From the IMG/VR virus record IMGVR_UViG_3300042554_001750: 64,000 bases of DNA; one strand, written 5' to 3'. Each line of letters begins with the position of its first letter. The first letter of the stretch is position 1. Made by a program: the position numbers and the translations under genes. The notes beneath the pieces were generated by a model that saw only the letters and a program-made list of their open reading frames with translations, ran no database searches and was not told the DNA's origin. Source of the DNA: a virus (lineage: Duplodnaviria > Caudoviricetes). This document shows, one piece after another, positions 26,838-36,463 of the stretch.

Positions 26838-27383
26838 TTATTTGTCTCGTTCTTGTAATAAGGGCGTTGTGGTGGGCCACTCTAAATTAAATCTAGGATC
26901 ATTAAATTTTATGACTCCCTGATCCTTCACATCATAGTACTCGCCTTTATAGAATAGGTAATAATGAAAGATGCAATCAGTCAATGCATAATGACCATTA
27001 GCGAACCCCGGCGGTATTAAAACTTGATGCCTGTGCTTTTCAGATAAGATATAAGATTCATATTTGCCATATGTCTCTGATCCTTCTCTTACATCCAACA
27101 CTACCAAATATATGTCACCAACTAATGCTTGTACCAACTTATATGTTTTAGTATCGTAGTGCAAGCCTCTAAGCACATTTTTATAAGACTTACTGAATCT
27201 GCTGTGAAAATGTAAATCTTTAGGTAAGACTGAGTTTACGGGATGCAACTCGTCATGATATGTGGTAAAAATCTCTCCACGATGTTCATGAAAAACAGAA
27301 GGGGCAAAGATAGGAACTTCGTTACCAAATGTAGTTAAGTACGAAGTTTCAAAATCTTGCCATTTCTTTAATTTGTAGTTCAT
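26838..27383 (-). CDS. rmlC: dTDP-4-dehydrorhamnose 3,5-epimerase family
   Basis: EHRGEIF, SKSYKNVLRGLHY, KLVQALVGDIYLVVLDVR, LIPPGFANGH. Confidence 0.88.
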   Translation of the reverse strand: MNYKLKKWQDFETSYLTTFGNEVPIFAPSVFHEHRGEIFTTYHDELHPVNSVLPKDLHFHSRFSKSYKNVLRGLHYDTKTYKLVQALVGDIYLVVLDVREGSETYGKYESYILSEKHRHQVLIPPGFANGHYALTDCIFHYYLFYKGEYYDVKDQGVIKFNDPRFNLEWPTTTPLLQERDK

Positions 27384-28795
27384 GAATATAATTTATCTCT
27401 AAGAGTGTCTGTAAGATTTTTTGAGTATGAATTATTTTTGTAAAAATTAACTAAATGGTTCTGATTGTGAATCAATATATCTTCCATAGACCAATACCAG
27501 TTATGTAGTTCTTGGATAGGCATATCACACAAACGTTTTATTTCTTGGTATATCTTTTGCAGTCTAATACTGTTATTTGATTCATTATCATAGCTTTCAT
27601 CAATGAACGGAGAAAAAGTTTTAAAACCCAGTTCTCGTAACAATTTTAGCGAACCCGGCCACGATGCAAACACAAAGGGCATAAAATGTGCGATGGGCTT
27701 GAATACTTTTTCAGTTAAGGATTTGTTGGATAAATCCATGTATGTTTCGGTGGCGATATACAAATAACTACTAAGATAACTGTTAGGTACATCTGCCCAG
27801 CCACCTAATGAGTAAAAATCTTCATTAGCCTCATCACTTAAGGTTTTAGGAAGCTCGTTATGTAATTCCATTATTTTTTCTGGTTCAATTTTATTGAATC
27901 CAAAATTTGTTAGGGTTAGGTTCAAATGATTAATATCATGGTTTAATTTTTGTAGGCAAGACCAATTGCCCTTATTTAAATACCCATCATTATATAATTG
28001 AGCTAATAATACTTGTCTATGATCTCTGGGTCTACGAATCTTGAATAAGAAATGTTTAGGTCTTAGCTGATTTTTAGAAGATAGAAAATCCTCTCTATTC
28101 AATGTTTTTATATGTTTATTTTCACCGTAATGAAATGACGAATTTAAAATCATGTAGGGAAAATTAACTACATTTAACATTCTCTCCTCTTCAGAAAACC
28201 ATTCTTTATAAACATCTGCACCATTAAATGTGTTAAACAATAAAAACACTTGCGATGGAGAAATACCGCTTTTTCGTAAACCACGGTGTAAATTTTCATA
28301 AATGTATTTTGGAACTTCGTTTTCTTGTAAGTAGTCAAGAACAATAAAAGCCCTACCTTGTCTGGCGTCAGTAAGAGCTTCATGTGACATATATTTCCAA
28401 AAATACTCACCATTGAGTTTGCTACCAGTGCATGTGTCCCCGGTAAAATCATCAATGTATGGCGTCATACTAACAGGATACAAATACTTATTATATTGTT
28501 TTTTACCCATAAACAAGGATGTTGAATCAATTTCAATATAGTCTTGTAGGCTTCCTGTTCTAAGTTGTGAGTCGGAATTCCAGCATGCTGGCCAATGACC
28601 ATTCCCTAAACTATCGCCGAATATTTTTTGAAATAAATCGCTACTTTGATTTGACATAAACAAATCATTTCCGTTACTTCTGTTACTATGCTGACTGTGA
28701 ATATAATTGATCAAAACAAAATCCATTTTCATACAATTAGGAATAACATAAGCCGGAAATACATAATCGTAAAATAGGGGAATTTTAACTCTCAT
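27380..28795 (-). CDS. hypothetical, putative GT-B glycosyltransferase; paralog of 24791-26230
   Basis: FLFKIRRPRDHR, YIATET, LTEKVFKPI..MPFVF, LGFKTFSPFIDESYD. Confidence 0.55.
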   Translation of the reverse strand: MRVKIPLFYDYVFPAYVIPNCMKMDFVLINYIHSQHSNRSNGNDLFMSNQSSDLFQKIFGDSLGNGHWPACWNSDSQLRTGSLQDYIEIDSTSLFMGKKQYNKYLYPVSMTPYIDDFTGDTCTGSKLNGEYFWKYMSHEALTDARQGRAFIVLDYLQENEVPKYIYENLHRGLRKSGISPSQVFLLFNTFNGADVYKEWFSEEERMLNVVNFPYMILNSSFHYGENKHIKTLNREDFLSSKNQLRPKHFLFKIRRPRDHRQVLLAQLYNDGYLNKGNWSCLQKLNHDINHLNLTLTNFGFNKIEPEKIMELHNELPKTLSDEANEDFYSLGGWADVPNSYLSSYLYIATETYMDLSNKSLTEKVFKPIAHFMPFVFASWPGSLKLLRELGFKTFSPFIDESYDNESNNSIRLQKIYQEIKRLCDMPIQELHNWYWSMEDILIHNQNHLVNFYKNNSYSKNLTDTLRDKLYS

Positions 28796-28797
28796 GA

Positions 28798-29607
28798 TTA
28801 TTCCCCAAATGGCCTAAAGTAGACTGATTTGTCATATTTTTTACTAAAAAGATCATAAAATTTTATACCCTGTTCTCGTTGACTATCTTTAATGTTAATT
28901 TGTTCACAATAGTAAAATAATTTTTCAGACAATGGTGTATTAAATTCTGGAAACATCTTTTTCATATATTGATAATGCACATATTGTGAGGGATGTCCGT
29001 CAAAATTATTTTTATCTTTCCAAAACTGTTGAGTTTTTTCTTTATTTTCAATTTGATCTAAATCTGAAAAAAAAGTCGTTAGTGACAATGGATCATCCGC
29101 AATGCTATAAATCATGTCACTAACTTTGAATATATCTTCATCAGATAATTCTTTTGTGTTAGTTAAATACCAGTCATAGTCAAGTCCTAATAAAATTTTA
29201 TGTTTAATTTTCTTTAAATCTAAAATCTTTTTAATTGTGCGTGCGGCTACCCAGGCATTATATACTTGCCATTTTTCAGACCAAATATTATCAACAATCC
29301 AAACTACATCTTTGTTACTTGGATTACTTGCTGCATGTACTACCAAATCCCCGTGAGTTTGTAGGCTATCGGATTTCATATAAGAAAATCTACCAATGCC
29401 TGTAAGCATTACAACTACATAATCTGTTTCTGAATTAAAATTCAATTTAGTGTCTGCTTCTATTAGACGATTGCTAATAAGTCGCATATCTGATCCAGAT
29501 CTACCATAGTTATAGTATTCGTCAAAATTTGCTGATAAAAAGTCAGCCCAGGTGCCATATACATATTTGGTCATGCTGCAACCAAATGCAAACAATCTTT
29601 TTTTCAT
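28798..29607 (-). CDS. SGNH/GDSL-like hydrolase-fold protein
   Basis: FAFGCSMT, NYGRSGS, FDGHPS. Confidence 0.55.
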   Translation of the reverse strand: MKKRLFAFGCSMTKYVYGTWADFLSANFDEYYNYGRSGSDMRLISNRLIEADTKLNFNSETDYVVVMLTGIGRFSYMKSDSLQTHGDLVVHAASNPSNKDVVWIVDNIWSEKWQVYNAWVAARTIKKILDLKKIKHKILLGLDYDWYLTNTKELSDEDIFKVSDMIYSIADDPLSLTTFFSDLDQIENKEKTQQFWKDKNNFDGHPSQYVHYQYMKKMFPEFNTPLSEKLFYYCEQINIKDSQREQGIKFYDLFSKKYDKSVYFRPFGE

Positions 29608-30278
29608 TTTTTAAGTATCCAATTATATAAATTATCAGCTATCCAAATATGACCGGTTTCACTAGGGTGGTATCCATCATTAGCAAGTAACTTCAATTCT
29701 TTACATACAACTTTATTAAGTGAATTGTTGTATCCTAAAAAATACTTTTCTTTCTTTATTCCACTGTGCAGGTTTTTAGTTAATGAATCATTTTCCCAAA
29801 ATCTATACCTTAATAATAAATTATCATCTACTGCATTCATAAAAGCATAATTTAATTTATTATTTTCTAAAAAGTTTTGCAACAACAATTGCTGTTGATA
29901 AAGAGTAGTTAGAGAATCGTAATCAGAATATATATTGGCATAAAAATACTTCATATTTTCGCCATCTTCAGAAATTGTGTTATCTTCATTTAATGGTACA
30001 TGTCCTGGTAGGTACATATTCCAATTATTAAATTTTCTAGAATAGAACATAGTTCGGGTGAACCCTGTCCAAGAAAAAATAATGAAGGTGTCTGGTGTAA
30101 ATTTTTTTAAATCTTCAAAGAAGCGAATTAAAGAAAATTTGTTAGAGCCACCTCTTTCCCCGCGATTAAAGACGGGAACATTAAATTTATTACCTAAAAG
30201 CTGTGGCCAGGCGTCCTCTTGTTTGACACCATCACCGTACACAAAACTACAGCCATACGCATAAATCTCTGAAATCAT
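29604..30278 (-). CDS. SGNH/GDSL-like hydrolase-fold protein
   Basis: YAYGCSFVYGDG, NRGERGGSN, DGYHPSETGH. Confidence 0.65.
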   Translation of the reverse strand: MISEIYAYGCSFVYGDGVKQEDAWPQLLGNKFNVPVFNRGERGGSNKFSLIRFFEDLKKFTPDTFIIFSWTGFTRTMFYSRKFNNWNMYLPGHVPLNEDNTISEDGENMKYFYANIYSDYDSLTTLYQQQLLLQNFLENNKLNYAFMNAVDDNLLLRYRFWENDSLTKNLHSGIKKEKYFLGYNNSLNKVVCKELKLLANDGYHPSETGHIWIADNLYNWILKK

Positions 30279-31711
30279 TCGTCTTTATACTCCCCTTCTT
30301 CATGGTGGCTTATACCTATATTGTGTAGTGGTTTTATTTCAAAGGTTTTATTTAACTCTATAGATTCGTACCAATCTTTTAACTCAGGAAAGGTTTCAAC
30401 TAAATTTTTATTTCTTCTTTCATCATACTGAGTAAAGAAACTTTTAAAATCATGAAATAATAAAGCTTTGTCGTCAGTCACAAAAGTATGACCGGTTTTT
30501 ACTACTTCAATATAATCAAGTAATCTTTGAATTTGCGCCTTCTCTCCCTCAGATAGCAATTTACTTTGTTTGTGCTTTTTAAACCATTTTAATAATTTTG
30601 CGTGTAAAGTACTTTTGATATCATCCGGTAGAGTTACAGGACTCATCATGCCAGGCCATCTTAAAATGTTTAAATCTAACAATGGTTTAACTGTACCATA
30701 TTTTGCCTTTAATTTAAGCATGTCATCCATAAATTCTGTGATGCTGAATAAGCACAAATTATTAATGGTCATCATAATTGTTAGCATGCTTAAATTGGCA
30801 TTATCAAGCAACTTAACCATGTTCTCTCGCCACTTTACATAATCTAAACCATCTCGTATATACTCGGCATGTTTGCCGTAACTTTCATTGCTTGTAAATA
30901 TTCTTACTTCTTTAACAGGTAAAGTTTTTGTAACATCTATCAACTTTTGCAATGCCTTCTCTGACATTCCCAAATTGGTGTTTACCGCAAAGTTCATGTT
31001 AGGTGATGCGAACTCATGCATTTTATCAACAAATCGCCAAAAGTTCTGACTTACAGTTGCTTCACCGCCTGTAATTCTTAATTCCATTAAGGATTGCGAC
31101 AATTCAGGCCACCATTTAAAAAAGGCATCTACATATGGATTTTCATCTAAATGTTTGCCGTATGCTTCAGCCCAACTTCCATCTGTTTGATATGCTCCAC
31201 CCCCGCCGCCTGGCGCGATAAAGTTTTGGTATGCACCGTTCTTTTCTAAATCTTGTGCCCAAGTCGTGCTGTAACCCGCATTACAATAACTGCATGCAAA
31301 GTTGCATTGTCTGTCAAAACTTATCTCCAAAGTCTTTAACAAAACATCTTGATCCCAAGGCAGGTCTTTTAACTTTACAATATCTTCGTAATTGTAAAAT
31401 ATGCTTTTATAAACTCGGTCACTGACATTATCTCTTTGTATGCCTTCAACTTTCCAGCAGTAGTTACATTCTGCAGGTCGTACACCTTCTAGCATCATTT
31501 TTCTTACATTTTTCTTATGATCTGTGTTGTGCAATGCTGATGGATTCTGTGCTACCTGATCTTTGTCCATTAAATGTGGTAAGGGCAGGTGACAAGACCC
31601 AGTGTAACCTGATCCTAAGAAAATAGAAGCATTATACCACTTAGCTGCGCAAAAGCTAGGGCTGATAGCGTCTAAAACATTTTTGCGCCATTGGATCAAA
31701 TTTGTTGACAT
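30275..31711 (-). CDS. radical SAM protein with N-terminal extra Cys domain; paralog of 31713-33290
   Basis: QCNFACSYC, RITGGE, NTNLG; N-terminal FCAAKW..SCH and RPAECNYCW. Confidence 0.88.
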   Translation of the reverse strand: MSTNLIQWRKNVLDAISPSFCAAKWYNASIFLGSGYTGSCHLPLPHLMDKDQVAQNPSALHNTDHKKNVRKMMLEGVRPAECNYCWKVEGIQRDNVSDRVYKSIFYNYEDIVKLKDLPWDQDVLLKTLEISFDRQCNFACSYCNAGYSTTWAQDLEKNGAYQNFIAPGGGGGAYQTDGSWAEAYGKHLDENPYVDAFFKWWPELSQSLMELRITGGEATVSQNFWRFVDKMHEFASPNMNFAVNTNLGMSEKALQKLIDVTKTLPVKEVRIFTSNESYGKHAEYIRDGLDYVKWRENMVKLLDNANLSMLTIMMTINNLCLFSITEFMDDMLKLKAKYGTVKPLLDLNILRWPGMMSPVTLPDDIKSTLHAKLLKWFKKHKQSKLLSEGEKAQIQRLLDYIEVVKTGHTFVTDDKALLFHDFKSFFTQYDERRNKNLVETFPELKDWYESIELNKTFEIKPLHNIGISHHEEGEYKDE

Positions 31712-31712
31712 A

Positions 31713-33290
31713 TTAATTGGGTATTAGTTTTTCTTTTGCCATTTTACACTTATTATAGAACTCTGCCATTTCAGGGAAAGTTTTAACAAAGTTTCTGTTG
31801 TGTCTCTTGTCAATTTCATTTACGAAATCAAAAAATCTTGCTCTGTGTAATAGAATGGTTTCATGATCTTCTTCATGAATTTTGTTAAAATTCATTGCCT
31901 CAATAACAATGCGTTTGAATTTTTCTATTTCATAATCTTCAAAGCCCTGATGTAGGCCCATACCATTAACATTTCCACTAGCAAATCTTATCATATAATT
32001 AAAGCTAGGAATCATGTAATCTTGTATCAAATTTTTGTCAATATAGTGGGCATCTAAAAAGCCCGGACTTCTTAAATAAGGAACATCTAAACCAACTAGA
32101 CCATGATGATTTTGACACCGTTCTTTGCGCTGTCGTTGCGTATAGTCACCATCTGCTAATCTGTACCCAAATTGCTCTTCCAAGTCAATCAATGCCATGT
32201 CTGGATTATAAATTGATTTCAAATTAGCTTGCCACTCTAATAATTGCTTCATGCTTGTGACACTGAAAATATTGTAAGTACACATAATGGTTGCACGAAT
32301 ATTTCCAATTTTAAGCAATTGCTCGTATCTAGTTTTAAACAGTTCAAAATTTAATCCAGGACGCGCATATTCGGCTCTTTCACCCCAACCGTCTACACTA
32401 GTAAATACCGTAAATCTTTTAACACACTTGTTGTTTGTGAGTATTTGAATCTTTTCTATAAACTGATCCCACAATTTTTGTGGGGCACCCAGATTACTGT
32501 TAATACTAAATTCAAGCTCAGGATTAGGATTATCAATAAACCAATCTATACTGCGAAAGGTTTCTTTACTTAGCAAAGGTTCGCCGCCAGTAATGCGATA
32601 TACCTTTAATTGCTTGTAAACTTCAGGGAACCATTTCCAAAACGCATCTACATACGGATTAAACTCACTACTCTTATAGGTGAGGCTATCTAAATCTTGC
32701 CAGCCATGACTCCATTGAGAATACTTTGTATTGTCTAATAACTTAATAGGCCCATGTTGCTTTAAATTCTCCACCCATTTTGAACTATATTCAGGTCCAC
32801 AATATGTGCAGGCAAAATTACAAACATTACTGAAATCAACTTCTAAGTAGGTTGGTACTATATTATCTTCTGGATCAGTATTAACAATTCTGTCATGCTC
32901 ATTTAACGCCCAAGGCTCTAGGCTTTTAAAGAATCTGTCACTATATCCATTGGTATCTTCAACTCTCCAACAGTAATCACATTCGCTTGGTCTTTCATTT
33001 TCAAACATTTCTCTACGGGCCTTTTTAAGGCGGTTCGTATTGAATAATGCAGCAGGATTTTTTTCAATTTCTTCTAATGGAATTTTATGTGGGCTAGGAT
33101 GGTGACAAGAATGCGTCATCCCTGTTCCCAAATGCATTGTAACTTGAGTGAATTTGGCTAGACAAAATCCTTTACCAGTCTCACCTAGTAAATCTTTTAC
33201 TTTATCTAGATTTTCATTACTTGAATCAATATAGTTACTTTTATTTCTAATCCAAATAACATCATTTAATTTTTTCTTACTCATTACCAT
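31713..33290 (-). CDS. radical SAM protein with N-terminal extra Cys domain; paralog of 30275-31711
   Basis: VCNFACTYC, RITGGEP, NSNLG; N-terminal FCLAKF..SCHHP and RPSECDYCW. Confidence 0.88.
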   Translation of the reverse strand: MVMSKKKLNDVIWIRNKSNYIDSSNENLDKVKDLLGETGKGFCLAKFTQVTMHLGTGMTHSCHHPSPHKIPLEEIEKNPAALFNTNRLKKARREMFENERPSECDYCWRVEDTNGYSDRFFKSLEPWALNEHDRIVNTDPEDNIVPTYLEVDFSNVCNFACTYCGPEYSSKWVENLKQHGPIKLLDNTKYSQWSHGWQDLDSLTYKSSEFNPYVDAFWKWFPEVYKQLKVYRITGGEPLLSKETFRSIDWFIDNPNPELEFSINSNLGAPQKLWDQFIEKIQILTNNKCVKRFTVFTSVDGWGERAEYARPGLNFELFKTRYEQLLKIGNIRATIMCTYNIFSVTSMKQLLEWQANLKSIYNPDMALIDLEEQFGYRLADGDYTQRQRKERCQNHHGLVGLDVPYLRSPGFLDAHYIDKNLIQDYMIPSFNYMIRFASGNVNGMGLHQGFEDYEIEKFKRIVIEAMNFNKIHEEDHETILLHRARFFDFVNEIDKRHNRNFVKTFPEMAEFYNKCKMAKEKLIPN

Positions 33291-34243
33291 CCTTCAATTT
33301 GGCGAACAACATCCATTTCTTTAACTAACAGACCTCTGTTATACTTATCGGCACCATAGTGTCGTTTAAAGAATTTGCTTTGCTCGGGGCTTAATGTACA
33401 GATAGGTAGCCCTAGTTTATTTTCTAATTGTGATCCAATTTGCTCGGCTGCATCTTTAGGATCTTTGCCTTCACCATATTCTTTCCATAGTTCAGGGTAA
33501 TTATCAAACCATTGCACATTAGTATGATCCCAGTCACTTAACATCGTTAAGAATGTACCTAATCGCGCGCCGTATATTGCCCAATATCCATTATCTACAT
33601 CACTGCCAACATTCTGCCATATTGTCAAGTTATTAAGATTTCTACTTGAAACTGTTTCTTTAAAGTGTTCTACTGTGGGTACTGCGCCACGATCTAGGCA
33701 CATCTTGACGCCTTCCCTGAAGCCCGCACGCCAAGCTTGAAATGGAGTATAGTTAGGATACGTAGTTGAATAGCAATCATACATGGCCCAATACAAATTG
33801 TCAGTGCTATCTAAACAAAAGTCTGCAATGCGTGTTACATCACCCTCAGTTTGAGCCTCATGAGTTTTCATGTTAGCAACATAAGTTTTTGTCCAACTAC
33901 TCATGCCACCATTGCCATATCGTAGACCATTGATTGCGTTGATAGCTTTCCAACGATATTGCGCAAGTTTATAGTTAGGATCTTTGTCAGTAAAGTCAAG
34001 TTGCAAGTTAAAGAATGATTCATCCGGCATGTTGTCGCCGTCAATAAGAATAAACCTTTCTGTGTCGCTTGCTTCCCCGGCAGCTTTGTGTGCTGCATCA
34101 CTTCCTTTGACCCCATCAACTCTTTTTGCCCAAGGCACCATGTTTTTAATCTTGAGCCAAAATTCTTCTTTTTGCGGTTCATCGTAGCTAAGATAAATGC
34201 AATCCAAATCTACGATATCAACAATGTCATCATCTGTATTCAT
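33284..34243 (-). CDS. GT-A glycosyltransferase-like protein
   Basis: CIYLSYDEP, RVDGVKGSDAAH, FILIDGDN (DxD), AWRAGFREGVK; similar to the C-terminus of the 1885-aa protein. Confidence 0.6.
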   Translation of the reverse strand: MNTDDDIVDIVDLDCIYLSYDEPQKEEFWLKIKNMVPWAKRVDGVKGSDAAHKAAGEASDTERFILIDGDNMPDESFFNLQLDFTDKDPNYKLAQYRWKAINAINGLRYGNGGMSSWTKTYVANMKTHEAQTEGDVTRIADFCLDSTDNLYWAMYDCYSTTYPNYTPFQAWRAGFREGVKMCLDRGAVPTVEHFKETVSSRNLNNLTIWQNVGSDVDNGYWAIYGARLGTFLTMLSDWDHTNVQWFDNYPELWKEYGEGKDPKDAAEQIGSQLENKLGLPICTLSPEQSKFFKRHYGADKYNRGLLVKEMDVVRQIEGW

Positions 34244-34571
34244 ATGTTTGCAGCTTCCAGTGGGTTACATCACCCGAATAACTATCATCAACTACAATGC
34301 TTATATCTTCTTTTGCACATTTTTGTCCCACTATGTTGGGCATTAATTTGGATATTATTGCATTGGGATTTACTGTAGAAATTTTCCCATCAATAACACG
34401 AACATCAGGTCTTGCTTGTGCAAATGTTTGAGCATCAATAACAATAAAATTACCAGGTAACTTTTCACAAGTATAGCACACTACTTTACCTGTGTCATCA
34501 TAATATAGTCTGAATTCGGGAGGCTGAATCTGGGGAGCTTCCCAAATAACAATCATTTCATCGTTATTCAT
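34230..34571 (-). CDS. hypothetical protein (113 aa)
   Basis: ORF track; EFRLYYD..G; coupled to neighbours. Confidence 0.65.
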   Translation of the reverse strand: MNNDEMIVIWEAPQIQPPEFRLYYDDTGKVVCYTCEKLPGNFIVIDAQTFAQARPDVRVIDGKISTVNPNAIISKLMPNIVGQKCAKEDISIVVDDSYSGDVTHWKLQTYEYR

Positions 34572-35314
34572 ATAAATTTATTTGCAAAAGATTTAACATG
34601 ATAGTGTACCGGATACATTTGCGGAACTGTATTGATCCGAAATTGATCAGATAAAATTTCATACACTAAAGTATCTGTCCAGTTTTCCGTAGGCAAATCA
34701 TTTATGAACTGTTTCATATGCACCATGCCCATTTGAGTGAATGCTGGTAATGTTGTATTTTCTTCGCCCATAATATGACATGCCAATGCATATACCCAAT
34801 CGGTAGTTGCTTCTTCATCAACATTACACTTTAATACTTTCTTGTATTCGTCCCAATTTTCAAAAATATTTCTAACCAAACTAAAAAACTTTTTAGACTT
34901 TTCGCTCTTTCTAAAATATGTGATAGCGTTATAAACATCAGGTAATTTATTTTCATCTATAAACTTACGGTACGCCCTAGACGATGATATTTCTTGTTTA
35001 AAATTTCTTATTGTAGTGCTTACAACTAAATCATGATTTTTAAGAATATCCCACCAATACTCAATAGAAGTGGGCACATACATATCAGCTTCTAGCTTGA
35101 TTGTATATTCATATGGACTTGCCTCATAAACTTGCCAATCGTTGATTAGTTTCCAGTCACTATTAGGTGCCAAATCGCCATATGGCAACTTTGTGATGAT
35201 TGTAACATTAGACTCGGGCATAACTTTTTTGATGCTAGCCTCTAGAACTTCCGCGCACTTAACATAATCTGTTGTTGCCGTATTTTGTGCAAGTATTACA
35301 AATCCTTTGTTCAT
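34568..35314 (-). CDS. GT-A (GT8-like) glycosyltransferase-like protein
   Basis: SPYEYTIKLEADM (DxD-like), HMK, HYH; paralog of 35311-36114. Confidence 0.55.
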   Translation of the reverse strand: MNKGFVILAQNTATTDYVKCAEVLEASIKKVMPESNVTIITKLPYGDLAPNSDWKLINDWQVYEASPYEYTIKLEADMYVPTSIEYWWDILKNHDLVVSTTIRNFKQEISSSRAYRKFIDENKLPDVYNAITYFRKSEKSKKFFSLVRNIFENWDEYKKVLKCNVDEEATTDWVYALACHIMGEENTTLPAFTQMGMVHMKQFINDLPTENWTDTLVYEILSDQFRINTVPQMYPVHYHVKSFANKFI

Positions 35315-36114
35315 AGAATAAGCTCCATAAAGTTATCTTTATTCATGACATGGAAGTCCATATCTTTTATGATCGCATATTCTTTACGGATTTTGCCACG
35401 GCGCCAATTATCAAATAGTACAGTATATTCTGTATTAAATGGTAGATCAGAATTTTTATAAACTGATGTTTTTTTACCAACATGAACTAAATTCCAAGGA
35501 ATAATATCCCCGGGTAAAACAGTATGACCATTAGCAATTCTAAGTGCTAGTGTCAGTGCATAATCATTTCTATATACACCGCCCACAAAACTATGAATAT
35601 TTGCATAATGGTCATAGTTTTTCTGAACCATTTCTAAACATTCAAATATTTGTTTTGCTCTTTTGGTTTTTCTGAAAGTAACAACAGTTGCCCATAGTGT
35701 CTTAAAACTGTAGGCGCTTAAAATTTCTTGAGGTGCATCGGGATACATTAAAAAACTTGTAGTGTCATGACAACAAAAGTCAATTGATACATCAAAGGTT
35801 TTTAATAACTTGTTTGAATTAATCATGTAGTCTGTATCAACTAAGATTGTTTCATCATATGGGCTTAATTCAAAGGCTTGGTATCTACCCTTATTAATCC
35901 ATACGCCCCAATCTCTCAAATTATTTTTGTCCGGTTCTGTAATAATTATTTTGTCAAAGTTATATCCGGTAGATGATGTCCGTGATTCTTCATCTGTGAC
36001 AATAGTGACTGGTAAGTCTAAGAAGTGATTGATTCTTTTTGCAGTCTCTTCTGCCATTCTATAATAATCGTAACGGCCACTGTTAAATGCAAATAATAAG
36101 GCTCCCCGTATCAT
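35311..36114 (-). CDS. GT-A (GT8-like) glycosyltransferase-like protein
   Basis: SPYDETILVDTDY (DxD), RND.A, HVMNK. Confidence 0.6.
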   Translation of the reverse strand: MIRGALLFAFNSGRYDYYRMAEETAKRINHFLDLPVTIVTDEESRTSSTGYNFDKIIITEPDKNNLRDWGVWINKGRYQAFELSPYDETILVDTDYMINSNKLLKTFDVSIDFCCHDTTSFLMYPDAPQEILSAYSFKTLWATVVTFRKTKRAKQIFECLEMVQKNYDHYANIHSFVGGVYRNDYALTLALRIANGHTVLPGDIIPWNLVHVGKKTSVYKNSDLPFNTEYTVLFDNWRRGKIRKEYAIIKDMDFHVMNKDNFMELIL

Positions 36115-36416
36115 CTATTGCCTTCTAAATTTTTCCATTCTGCATGCCATTCTTGCATCACAGAGTTATATGTGTTAGACAAAGAATCAAATAATTCTTG
36201 GCGGTTAACTTCAACTGGATTGCCAAAAGTGTCAATTAAAACTACCTTTTCATTAGTTAATGCTGATAGTAATGTAATGGTAATATTGTCTGCCTTCCAC
36301 AACCCACCCTGTTCTGCTATTATTAATTTACTTTCGTATTTTTCTTTTAGGTATGCCTTGGTTGCGTTGTGATTAAATCTAGCTTTTGCCTCTAAAATTA
36401 AGGTTGTGGTATCCAT
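36111..36416 (-). CDS. hypothetical protein (101 aa)
   Basis: ORF track; AGGAG RBS; CTAAATA at 36433-36439 upstream. Confidence 0.7.
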   Translation of the reverse strand: MDTTTLILEAKARFNHNATKAYLKEKYESKLIIAEQGGLWKADNITITLLSALTNEKVVLIDTFGNPVEVNRQELFDSLSNTYNSVMQEWHAEWKNLEGNR

Positions 36417-36463
36417 CTAAAACTCCTAAAAGTATTTAGATGGATGAGTATGCGAGATAAAAT

